Source: Candidatus Peregrinibacteria bacterium
GTDB lineage: Bacteria > Patescibacteriota > Gracilibacteria > UBA1369
Length of the DNA: 64,000 nucleotides
Direction: 5' to 3'
Assembly: GCA_963708185.1 (NCBI GenBank)
Contig: OY970195.1
Location: 1,312,001 to 1,376,000 of the forward strand
Shown: one piece after another, positions 51,944 through 61,300 of the stretch
How the letters are laid out: every line of letters begins with the position of its first letter
Numbering within the stretch: the first letter of the stretch is position 1
Translations under genes and position numbers: made by a program
The notes under the pieces: generated by a model
The model's database searches: none
Seen by the model: the letters and a program-made list of their open reading frames with translations, nothing else
What the model was told of the DNA's origin: nothing

Positions 51944-52417
51944 ATGAAAAATAAATTTTTTCTCATTCCGATCGTACTTATTGTTTTGGGAGGCCTATCG
52001 TATTGGGTTTATCAATTTTCGCTCACTCAGTCGCAATACTTGGGGCTTCCGGTGGTTTCATGTATCGATCCGACGTTATCCGTTGTCCAGGATTTTACGT
52101 TTACGCTCAATGTGACGGTGGAAGGGAAGCCTTTTGCTTTGGATTCTATGGTTGGTCATGATCCCGGGAAATGTCTGAGGGTCATTCATGCCGATGACTC
52201 AAGCGGACAGGTCCGCGTGCAGTCGAATGATTCGATGACGTATACTCTTGGTCAGTTTTTCAACGTTTGGCACAAAGAATTCAGCGGCGACAATTTCATG
52301 GGTTCTCCTTTGAACGATCAACATAAACTGACCGTCACGGTGGATGGGGTTCAGGTTTCAACATTGGCCGATACTCCGTTGCGGGCAAACGAAACGATTT
52401 CGGTTGATTATCGATAA
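51944..52417 (+). CDS. Hypothetical membrane-anchored protein
   Basis: N-terminal TM; CLRVIHADDSSG...YTLGQFFNVW. Confidence 0.7.
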   Translation: MKNKFFLIPIVLIVLGGLSYWVYQFSLTQSQYLGLPVVSCIDPTLSVVQDFTFTLNVTVEGKPFALDSMVGHDPGKCLRVIHADDSSGQVRVQSNDSMTYTLGQFFNVWHKEFSGDNFMGSPLNDQHKLTVTVDGVQVSTLADTPLRANETISVDYR

Positions 52418-52424
52418 CCGTTTT

Positions 52425-53462
52425 TTATTTTTTTGCGTGAAAAATACGTTTGAGCAAAGGTCGGATTTTTGCGTCGATGGTGAAACGATCGCGTGAGTTG
52501 ATCATTAAAGATATTGAAATGCCGTACAGGATGAGGTGAGGCCAGAGCATTTCCTGGAAATAGATGAGAGAAAGCGTGATGAAGACCAGGGAAATGAAGA
52601 CCGTCCAGCGGACGAAAAATCCTACGAGAATAAACACACCGATCATGATTTCGGCAAGCCCCGCTCCTGCGGCAATAAAACCCGCCGATGCGTGGAAGAA
52701 GTCAACGAGGTGATATTGATTATAGACATCGATGGTGAGCTGTTGATGGGCGAATTTTATCGAATAGCCGGCGTACGTCAGTGCGATTCCGTAGAGTATC
52801 CGCACGATCGGAACTTCCAGGTCCTTGTATTTTTTGAGTTTTTTGATCCATAGCCGTTTTTTAAAAATGAAGCCGTCGACCGACCAGGTGCGGGAACCGA
52901 ACAGGAGCAGGACAATGAGTTCGCCCAGGTAGTTGCTGTAGGTAAACATATATAACCCGAAATGAGCAGTGACGACGGCGAACATGGCAATGCCGATCAA
53001 GGCGGCAAGTTCGGTGAGCGTGCCCGTCAGGATCATGAGTGAGGTTAAAAAGAGCAGGAACCGGAAGAGGGGGGCATAAGACAGGCCGTCCAGTTGGAGT
53101 TCCGGACCGAGGATGACATTGCTGAGCGCTGAGTAAAAGAACGCCGCGCTCACCGCCAGGCGGATCAATATGGGTCCCACCACAGCAGCTTTCCTTGCGA
53201 GTTTATCAAGGGCATCCGACGCTTTGCTCGTCGACCACCAGGCCACAAGAAAATACGCAAGCGCCACGAGGACTGAGATCAAAAGGAATGTTTGCCAGTG
53301 CGTCGGGTCGATCAGCGGGGCAAATGGGTTTTGTGCGAATACGGAAAGGCCGGCGTTGAATTCACTCGCCGGGAGTACGTACGCTTCGTGAGCGAATAAC
53401 GGCTGTCCAAAGAGGAGCAGAGATATTAAAACGGCACATGTTGTCAGAATGACTCGCTTCAT
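52425..53462 (-). CDS. DoxX-family multi-TM protein
   Basis: AHEAYV start; duplicated membrane halves; RILYGIAL..K, AGLAEIMIG..GFF.R, E...HL..YG. Confidence 0.75.
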   Translation of the reverse strand: MKRVILTTCAVLISLLLFGQPLFAHEAYVLPASEFNAGLSVFAQNPFAPLIDPTHWQTFLLISVLVALAYFLVAWWSTSKASDALDKLARKAAVVGPILIRLAVSAAFFYSALSNVILGPELQLDGLSYAPLFRFLLFLTSLMILTGTLTELAALIGIAMFAVVTAHFGLYMFTYSNYLGELIVLLLFGSRTWSVDGFIFKKRLWIKKLKKYKDLEVPIVRILYGIALTYAGYSIKFAHQQLTIDVYNQYHLVDFFHASAGFIAAGAGLAEIMIGVFILVGFFVRWTVFISLVFITLSLIYFQEMLWPHLILYGISISLMINSRDRFTIDAKIRPLLKRIFHAKK

Positions 53463-53531
53463 GTATCAAACAATATCTCATCTTCAACCGGCGGGGCAAG
53501 CTGTAGGGTCCCAGTGGATGGTTTTTGAAGT

Positions 53532-53561
53532 TGGCAGGGGCGGCTGGAGGAAATTCGAACC
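53532..53561 (-). other. att junction: 3' fragment of a tRNA (Gln-like) interrupted in the T-arm
   Basis: Minus strand GGTTCGAA-TTTCC-TCCAGCCGCCCCTGCCA; no D or anticodon arms upstream. Confidence 0.7.
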
Positions 53562-53646
53562 TATTTTACCACGGGGCGGAGTTTGTGTCCCTGTGTTTAG
53601 ATGAGGGACAGAGAGTCCGCTGGGTATAGTTATAGCCATAAACAAC

Positions 53647-53724
53647 TGCATAGTCTCATGTATTTATGCATAATTTTGCATAGTTTCATAAAAACTTGCA
53701 TAGTTTTGCATAGTTTGATAGTAT
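53647..53724 (+). promoter_or_regulatory. Five TGCATA(G/A)T direct repeats overlapping a sigma70 promoter (putative operator)
   Basis: Copies at 53647, 53667, 53677, 53697, 53707; TTGCAT(53696)-17-TAGTAT(53719). Confidence 0.7.
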
Positions 53725-53749
53725 AAGGCTACAATCATTTATTAGTATC

Positions 53750-54478
53750 ATGGATAAAATCTTATTAAATATTACAGAGGCGGCTCAATTCATAGGTGTA
53801 TCGGTTGATACGCTTAGAAGGTGGGATAAAGATGGAAAAGTAATAGCTATTCGTGCAGGCGGAAAAGGCACGCATAGATTTTATAGAAAATCCGATTTAG
53901 AGCTTTTCTTAAAAGACCCCTTTAGTCTAGCAAAGTCATGGGCATTTAGCCCAAATCCATTTGAGCCTGAGAAGGAATTTTATTGTCCAAATAGCTCAGT
54001 TTTTCAAGGAAGGCTTACAAAACTAGAAGCAATACTGCAAAAAACGAAAGAACTTGAAACAGATTTTTCCCTTATAACATCCATTACTGGTGAAATTGGC
54101 AATAACTCTTTTGACCACAACCTTGGGAACTGGCCTGACATAAACGGAATATTTTTTGCTTACGATATCAATAAACGAATGGTCGTTTTGGCTGATCGTG
54201 GAATTGGAATATTGCAAAGTCTGAAAAGGGTAAGGGAAAGTTTAACAGACGATAAAGCTGCGCTTGAAGTTGCGTTTACCGAAATAATTACAGGTAGAGC
54301 TCCAGAAGATCGTGGGAATGGACTTAAATATGTAAGAAAAGTTATTGAAAAAAGTTCAATGAGTCTATTTTTTGAAACTGGAGATGCTCAACTTGAACAA
54401 AAACCACATTCGTATGATATCCATTTACAAAAAAGTGGAGACAATTTCCATGGATGCTTAGCTCTTATAAGATTTTAA
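53750..54478 (+). CDS. MerR/Xis-type HTH fused to GHKL (anti-sigma kinase-like) ATPase domain
   Basis: ITEAAQFIGVSVDTLRRWD..R..Y; N-box EIGNNSFDH, G1 ADRGIGI, G2 RGNGL. Confidence 0.85.
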   Translation: MDKILLNITEAAQFIGVSVDTLRRWDKDGKVIAIRAGGKGTHRFYRKSDLELFLKDPFSLAKSWAFSPNPFEPEKEFYCPNSSVFQGRLTKLEAILQKTKELETDFSLITSITGEIGNNSFDHNLGNWPDINGIFFAYDINKRMVVLADRGIGILQSLKRVRESLTDDKAALEVAFTEIITGRAPEDRGNGLKYVRKVIEKSSMSLFFETGDAQLEQKPHSYDIHLQKSGDNFHGCLALIRF

Positions 54479-54490
54479 TCTTACTAAAAT

Positions 54491-54784
54491 ATGAAAATTG
54501 ATCTTAAAAAATTCGGTACGACACTTACTTCAAGGCAACTTGGCAAAGAAGCATTCGCAGCATTTCGACCTATACTCGAAAATATCAATGAAAGTGAAAT
54601 TATTGAAGTAGATTTTGAAGGTGTAAATACATTTTCACCTTCCTGGGGAGCTGAATTTTTGACACCTCTTGAGAACATGTTTCCAGGGAGAGTATTTCTT
54701 GATTATACTAAGAACCCATCAGTAAAAATCACACTTGAATTATTAGAGAATATTATTGGAAAAAAATTCCAAATCAGACAATAA
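54491..54784 (+). CDS. STAS-like (DUF4325) protein
   Basis: LTSRQLG...VDFEGVNTFSPSWGAEF. Confidence 0.85.
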   Translation: MKIDLKKFGTTLTSRQLGKEAFAAFRPILENINESEIIEVDFEGVNTFSPSWGAEFLTPLENMFPGRVFLDYTKNPSVKITLELLENIIGKKFQIRQ

Positions 54785-54787
54785 TCT

Positions 54788-55672
54788 ATGGCAACCAATA
54801 TCCCTCAATCATTTCAAAAATTAAAGCAAAACCTTGAAATTACTGATTTGCAAGGTACGACAGTTTCAACACGACAACAAAATGTCCGTAAGGTAATGGA
54901 AGCGGGAATGCAAGTACTTGATTCATTCCTTACAGGTTCATACGCACGCAGTACGATGATTGCTCCTTTAAAAGAAGCAGATGTGGATATTTTTATAGTC
55001 TTGGACCCTAAATATTATTTTCACTACAACAATGGACAAAATGGGGGACAAGGCGGTTTGCTCGATTTAGTAAAAGGTACTTTGCGGAAAACGTATACCA
55101 ATACACCTGATATAAGCAGAAACGGACAAGCTGTAACAATTAGATTTGAAGATTTTGTAGTTGATGTTGTGCCAAGTTTTCATAGGCAAGGTGGTGGTTT
55201 TTTAATACCAAATTCCATAAATCAAAGCTGGATTGAGACAGATCCTAAAAAACATGTTGATATTATGGTTGCCGCAAACCAAACACACAATGGCGACCTT
55301 GTCCCTTTAGTCAAAATGATCAAATGCTGGAACAGAAATAACGGGAAATATTTTAGCTCATTTCATTTGGAAGTATTGGCTCTCCAAATTTTACAAGGCG
55401 TCACTATTTCAAACTTTTGGACTGGAATGCGCTATTATTTTGATAAAGGACGGACAATGATTGCCCAAAGAACACCTGATCCTGCAGGTTACAGCGGTAA
55501 TATTGGAGGCTATATCAATACACAAGAAAAACTACAAGAATCCATTGCGAAATTTCAACTCGCATACAGTAGAGCAATTAAAGCCGAAGAGTTTGGCCTT
55601 CGTGGAAACACAAGAGATAATATTGAAATGTGGATTAAAATATTTGGTAATTACTTCCCTTCCTATGGATAA
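54788..55672 (+). CDS. CBASS CD-NTase (SMODS nucleotidyltransferase)
   Basis: GSYARSTMIAPL..DVDIF, VDVVP, W..TDP..H, LVKMIKCWN, SFHLE. Confidence 0.92.
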   Translation: MATNIPQSFQKLKQNLEITDLQGTTVSTRQQNVRKVMEAGMQVLDSFLTGSYARSTMIAPLKEADVDIFIVLDPKYYFHYNNGQNGGQGGLLDLVKGTLRKTYTNTPDISRNGQAVTIRFEDFVVDVVPSFHRQGGGFLIPNSINQSWIETDPKKHVDIMVAANQTHNGDLVPLVKMIKCWNRNNGKYFSSFHLEVLALQILQGVTISNFWTGMRYYFDKGRTMIAQRTPDPAGYSGNIGGYINTQEKLQESIAKFQLAYSRAIKAEEFGLRGNTRDNIEMWIKIFGNYFPSYG

Positions 55673-56207
55673 TCAAACCCGCACAACTGCCGAGAGGGCT
55701 GTTTCAAAAACCAAAAAAGAAATCATTAAAGAAGCAAAGCGTATTGAAGAAAGCCTGCTACATTCATCTAAGGGACATTTTGCTGCAGCTCATACTTGGA
55801 GCCATTTTCATCTAATTATTGGAATACCAATGGTTTTACTTTCTGGCATTGCGGGGGCATCAGCTCTTGTACAATTTGATCCCTCCCATGTATACGCTGG
55901 TAGCATTTCAATATTAGTTGCAGCATTATCGGGGGTAATGACATTCTTAAATCCAAATGAAAAGACGAGTATTCATCTGGAAGCGGGCAATGATTACGAT
56001 TCATTGATGAACAAAGTTAGAATATTTTCGTCTATTGATTGTTGGCGTGATGAATCTGAACAAGTCTTAACAGAAAAATTGAAATACTTTTCAGAACAAA
56101 AGGACAATTTGAATAAAAAACATCCTCAAATACCTTTTTGGGCTTATTTTAGAGCTAAAAGGGGCATTAAAAATGGAGAAGGGGATTACATGGTGGATAA
56201 AAAATGA
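55665..56207 (+). CDS. SLATT-family 2TM CBASS effector
   Basis: RIEES...SKGHF.AA..W...H..IGIP; two TMs; FLNP..K...H..AGN.Y..L; ATG overlaps the CD-NTase stop. Confidence 0.88.
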   Translation: MDNQTRTTAERAVSKTKKEIIKEAKRIEESLLHSSKGHFAAAHTWSHFHLIIGIPMVLLSGIAGASALVQFDPSHVYAGSISILVAALSGVMTFLNPNEKTSIHLEAGNDYDSLMNKVRIFSSIDCWRDESEQVLTEKLKYFSEQKDNLNKKHPQIPFWAYFRAKRGIKNGEGDYMVDKK

Positions 56208-56276
56208 TCTCCAAATTTCTTTCTAATAAGCCCATTTTACGTGTGATTTTATAAAATTATTATCTAAATTATTTCA

Positions 56277-57056
56277 ATGACCAATGGCGAACTTTCTAAT
56301 CTGATACCCGAATTTCTTTATGATAAACGAGCCTATTCCAGCCAATTTTTTAATAGTACGGGGATTCCTGAAGAATTTCGTCAGTTTGTTAATAAAAAGG
56401 GACTAACTATTGATGACTCAGACTCATCTAGATTTCGTGAAGCATTTTGGCGGCTAGTCTCACGCGATTTAGTGGCTCCTGGTAATGAAAAAGGTGGCGT
56501 GGCTCGACTCCCCTTCGTATCAATTACGGAATATGGCATAAAATGTTTTGAAGAAGGGAAAATTTTACCCTATGATCCTGATCATTTCATAAATTCACTC
56601 GTTGCTGCCATCCCAGGCATAGATGACATAATAATGCTGTATTTTGAGGAATCCGTTAATTGTTTTACAAATATGAGTTATCTAGCAAGCGCTGTCTTAA
56701 CAGGATGCTCCATTGAGAGAATGGTTATCTTTTTAACCGAGGAATTTTTTAAAAAAATTGATCCAAGTCTACAGACAAACTATCAAAAAAATGTATTACA
56801 TTACGAAAAAGTCGGCAAAAGAACAGAAAAGTTCATACACTTTATTGATACGAATCAACTTGATAATAGTTTTCCTATATCAGATCAAGAGAAATTAAGG
56901 GCTCTTCTCCCGTCTATTGTTAACCTCATTCGTATTACTCGTAATGAAGCAGGACATCCTACTGGTCGAGTTCTAGAACGAGATGAGGCGCAAGCCAACC
57001 TACTACTTGCAAAAGAAGGAATAAAATTTTCCTATCATTTTCTTTCAAAATTTTGA
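56277..57056 (+). CDS. Putative HEPN-domain protein with N-terminal wHTH-like region
   Basis: EAFWRLVSRDLV..ITEYG; YFEES..CF...YLASAVLTGC..E; RNEAGH (RxxxxH). Confidence 0.7.
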   Translation: MTNGELSNLIPEFLYDKRAYSSQFFNSTGIPEEFRQFVNKKGLTIDDSDSSRFREAFWRLVSRDLVAPGNEKGGVARLPFVSITEYGIKCFEEGKILPYDPDHFINSLVAAIPGIDDIIMLYFEESVNCFTNMSYLASAVLTGCSIERMVIFLTEEFFKKIDPSLQTNYQKNVLHYEKVGKRTEKFIHFIDTNQLDNSFPISDQEKLRALLPSIVNLIRITRNEAGHPTGRVLERDEAQANLLLAKEGIKFSYHFLSKF

Positions 57057-57067
57057 AGGAAGTGCAA

Positions 57068-57217
57068 CTACAAGTCATTTGGCTTTTTGCTAATTAGGCT
57101 ATAAAAACTGAGAAGCTCTTGCCCCATTTCTTCTGCTTCTGCAAAGGTTAATTCTTTGCCAAACTCCTTTTTATAGATTTCTATGAATTCTTGAACAGAT
57201 TTAGGGTTTAGTTTCAT
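57068..57217 (-). CDS. 49-aa small protein, not in ORF track
   Basis: MKLNPKSVQEFIEIYKKEFGKELTFAEAEEMGQELLSFYSLISKKPNDL; ATGA overlap with the mrr stop; paralogue at 63704. Confidence 0.75.
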   Translation of the reverse strand: MKLNPKSVQEFIEIYKKEFGKELTFAEAEEMGQELLSFYSLISKKPNDL

Positions 57218-58110
57218 TCCTCAGTAAAATAATCCGTATCAATATCTTTGATCTGGTAAGTTTTCTTGGTCGTAACACCCAAATCGTGGTCAATCATCAG
57301 GTCAACAAGCTTTTGCCCGTCAATGATGACAATATTTTTACGGGCAATTTTCAGGAGATTTTCGGCATCCCTGGGAAAACGTGAGGTCGTGATAAACACG
57401 CCTTTGCTGACGCCGTTTAGTTCCAACGTGCCGACAAAATCACGAACCATGGAAGCAGACACTGGATTGCCCTCCTTGAAGCGTTTTGCCTGAAATAAGA
57501 TCGTATCTAAGCCTAATTTGTCCTGAGTTATTAAACCGTCAACTCCGCCATCCCCTGATCTTCCAGTAACTCGTCCCTTCCCGTATCCCATGGCAGTCAG
57601 CAAATCCAAAACAACCTGCTCAAAAAATGCTGGCGAATTGGCTTTGAGTCTTTCAAGCAAGTTTGAGGCTAGGGCAGCCCTTAATCGCAGATAGCCCTCT
57701 TCCAGCAGTTCATCAGGTGTTTCGGTTTCATTGATAGTTTTTGGTTCTTCTTTTTCATCTTGTTTTGATACATTTCTAACTTCCAGAAAATCAGGAAATT
57801 GTTCCAAATATTTAGCGTTGATAGCTTTAATTCCTGTTTTCAAAACACGCATGCCATCATCCGTTATTTGTACCATCCCTCTGTTTGGAGAAATTATTAG
57901 CCCAGCTTGTTTCAGATAAGTCCTAGCCCAAGACACTCTATCTTTCGCAATTAAACCATTACCACTTGGGTACATTGCTGTCTTTTCCGCTTCGGATAGC
58001 TTCAAATCGCTTAACAGCTCCTCGGAGATCTCCTTCATGCTTTTTTGCTTTCCATCCTCCAGTTTTTTGAGCAGAGGAAACATAAATTCATGGTATTTCG
58101 GAATTGGCAT
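57214..58110 (-). CDS. mrr: Mrr type IV restriction endonuclease
   Basis: Mrr_N (RVSWARTYLKQAGL), FFEQVVLDLL..MGYG, GDGGVDG..QAKR, KGVFITTS. Confidence 0.93.
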   Translation of the reverse strand: MPIPKYHEFMFPLLKKLEDGKQKSMKEISEELLSDLKLSEAEKTAMYPSGNGLIAKDRVSWARTYLKQAGLIISPNRGMVQITDDGMRVLKTGIKAINAKYLEQFPDFLEVRNVSKQDEKEEPKTINETETPDELLEEGYLRLRAALASNLLERLKANSPAFFEQVVLDLLTAMGYGKGRVTGRSGDGGVDGLITQDKLGLDTILFQAKRFKEGNPVSASMVRDFVGTLELNGVSKGVFITTSRFPRDAENLLKIARKNIVIIDGQKLVDLMIDHDLGVTTKKTYQIKDIDTDYFTEE

Positions 58111-58119
58111 GGGGAGATT

Positions 58120-58329
58120 TTAAAAAATTAAATGATGAAATCGTGTCATTAAAAAGCCAAAAACTGGGACAATGACTAAAAGAAAAGTACAACCCATCAT
58201 GCGGCCGAATTTCCTTTGCCTGCCCTGCTTGGTGAGTGGAACACCAATAGCGCGTGATAGTTTGCCCTTTGCGGCTGAAATGCCGAGCGCACGTTTCCAA
58301 GAGAAAGAAAATCCAAACTTTCTGGCCAT
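58120..58329 (-). CDS. Small basic hypothetical protein with C-terminal TM
   Basis: GFSFSWKRALGISAAKGKLSRAIGVPLTKQGRQRKFGR; sits between RM and mrr genes. Confidence 0.7.
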   Translation of the reverse strand: MARKFGFSFSWKRALGISAAKGKLSRAIGVPLTKQGRQRKFGRMMGCTFLLVIVPVFGFLMTRFHHLIF

Positions 58330-58346
58330 ATAAATTTACAAAGAAA

Positions 58347-61300
58347 TTAAGACTTCAAAACGATCTCTCTCTCTTCGGGAGTGAGGTCATAGAGGTCAAA
58401 AACCATGTTGTCAATAGTCTGGTCTTCTTGTTCGATTTTAGTTTTGAGATTCAAAATTTCTTGTTTGTTTTTTTCAAAGAAATCAAGAAGCTCACCTTTC
58501 TTTTTAAGGTCCAATTTTTTGATACCGAGGGCCTTGATGAAGCTGTCAAAATCGAGTTCATAGAATTTTTCAAGCTTTGTGCTTACTTTTTGGAGCTGGA
58601 ATTCTTGTTGAAGGAGTTTGAGGGATTTTTGGAGTTTTTCATAAAAGTTTTCCGATAACGATAGCATGATGTTGGCCTTCTCTATAAATGGATTTTGAGA
58701 TCCACGTGGTATTATTTTTATAGAAAATTGATCTAAATGTTTTCGTTTTATATAAGGGAAAACTTCAGCATTGGTGATGAAAAATTTATTGTAAATATAT
58801 GTAAACAGACTGGAATTTAACAGTGACAATATGTAGTTTTCATCGTATTTCTCAGATTTTAAAACGATATTATAAAGCGACTGGATGGTAAAATATTGAT
58901 TAGTATCAAGTGTTGCTATCAATTTTCGCCCTGTTTTTCTTAAAAGAATTTTCTTTTTTGCTAAAAAAACTTCTTCATTGTCATTGCTGTGAATTTTTGA
59001 TTTATCGAAATTGATGTACATCCCAGCATCAAAATAATGCCATTTTTCAATATCTTTTCCACTTAATACCTTTTTACTATTTGAAAAAATTGGAGAAGTG
59101 GCAAGCATCGTATCTTGGTCACCGGTCATTATGCCGATGTAATTTAATGCTATTTCCCCTAATTGAATCGATCCAATCTTCATTTTTTGCAATATTTTGT
59201 CTTCGTTTTCCTCTGCTGGAAAATCAAAGATAAAATTTTCATTCGTATAATATTTACCTTGCTGCATCTTCTTGCCTTTTTCACTGTCACCTTCAAATGA
59301 AATCAGTCCATTTTTGATTCCTGTTTCTTTCTTAAAAATGGAAATAACGCTATCTACAACAACATTTTCAAATACTTTTGAATGAGGCTTAAAGAAAAAT
59401 TCAATTTGGCAATTATCTAGAATAAATTTTCTGATTTTGAAAGAATAAAAATTTTTCATAAAATTCCATGGAGTAATGAGTCCAATTTTTCCTCCATTTT
59501 TTGTGAGCTTTATTGATTTCTCAATGAATAAAGTATAAAGGTCAATTTTGTCGTAAGCTGTTTCAAATTTAGAAAGAAAAGTTTCTTTAAGTTTTTTGTT
59601 TATCTTTTCGTACTTGCTTGTTACGTACGGCGGATTCCCAACAATCACATCAAATCCTCCATTTTTAATGATTTCCGAAAATTCTGATTCCCATTTAAAC
59701 TCACGCTTACCTGCAATAGTGGGGTCATCAATTAAACTATTCCCGCATTTAATATTGTTTTTGAGGCTAACAAGTTTTTCTCCTTTTCTGGCTGTTTTGA
59801 GCCACAATGAAAGCTTTGTGATTTCAACGCTTTCAGGATTCAAATCAACACCGTAAATATTGTTTTGGAGGAGTGACTTGATGTAACTTTCAACATTGAA
59901 TAAGTCACCCTTCCCCCCTGAAATGTCGGTTAAAATAGCCCCAATTCTTTTATTTTCAGCCAAAAAATAATCATAAACTTTAACAAGGAATGCGCCGCTT
60001 CCGCAAGCGGGGTCAAGAACCTTGATGTTTCTTAATTTTTCTCTGTATTCTTCGTAAGCCGTTCTCATGCGCTTATAGTAATTTTCATCTGTTAAATCGG
60101 TATTAACTCCGTGTTTGGTTAAAATGAACTGTTCCTGTTCTTCCAGATACCTCCCAAGTGAGTTTTTAACGATGTAATCGACGATATAATCGGGAGTATA
60201 GTAAATTCCATCCTTCTTACGTTTGGACGTTTTTAAATGGGCTTCAGGCTCTTCGGTTGTTTTTTCAGCAATACTTTTGAGTTCTTCAAGGTCGCTAATG
60301 GATTGTTCAAATATATGACCAAGGATGTTGACGCTCAGGTCTTCGCCAAAATCATACTTTCCAAGCTCAACAAATTTTTTGCAGATTTCATCATCAATTT
60401 TCAGGCCATTTAATGCTTCATCTTCTTTGAAAAGTTCGCCGTTGTAACCGTCGGGAATGCCAAGTTTTTCACTTCCGCGATCAATGGCCGTAAAAAAGCT
60501 TTTCATAATATCCCAAATTGGAATGGTCAAACCAAGCTTTTCCGTATGGAAAACAACCTCCTGCAATTTGTCGTCTGGCAAAAGGTCCAAGTCTTCACAA
60601 AAGCAAACAAAGACAAGGCGATCAATGATCTTTTGAGCTTTTTCAACAGCTAGAACATAGAAGCTTTCTCGGAGCCGCGCTTCCTGGTTGTTTTTCAGAA
60701 TGTTCTTGATGAGCTCTTGTCTTAAATCTCGATATTTTCGGTAAAATTCCTTGGTGATTTGTTCCTGCTCAATACGAATGTCGGAAAGAAGCTTGAGCGT
60801 GTTCGTTTCGCCACTTTTGGCAATGAAATTTTCAGCATTGAGGAGGTAGTAAAATTTGCGAAACTGGAAATAATTGTCTTTTGGGTCAACAAGGCTTTCA
60901 AGCGTGAAACTTTCAAAATCGAGCTGGTTATCTTTGAGGAGGCGGATTTCAAAAAAGTTTGTGGCAATCACAAAGTCACATTCCTTGTATTGTGGCTTAT
61001 ATTTAAAGGCCTGTTGAACTGGACTCAAACTTCCCTCGCGCTTTTGAGATTTGTCGAGAGAAGTGTTTACGTCCTTAATTTCTACAACGGCAATGACGCG
61101 CCGTTTTTCTTCGCTAAAATAGCCAAGAATAGCGTCAGGCTTTTGTCCGCCTGCCTCAACATTTCCTTTTGGGTCGATAGTATAGATTTCATTGGGAAAC
61201 CCCTTGTATCCAAGGATTTCAATGAAGAAACTTTGATTGAAGGCTTGTTCGCACTGGCTTTCAGATTTTTTATGAAGTGACTTGTTTTCATAGGCTTCAT

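Noticed and set aside
53532-53561. Functional tRNA gene
   Set aside because: Only the 3' portion is present and the T-arm is interrupted
53647-53716. CRISPR array or iteron origin
   Set aside because: Repeats are only 8-10 bp without unique ~30-nt spacers; no cas or rep gene adjacent
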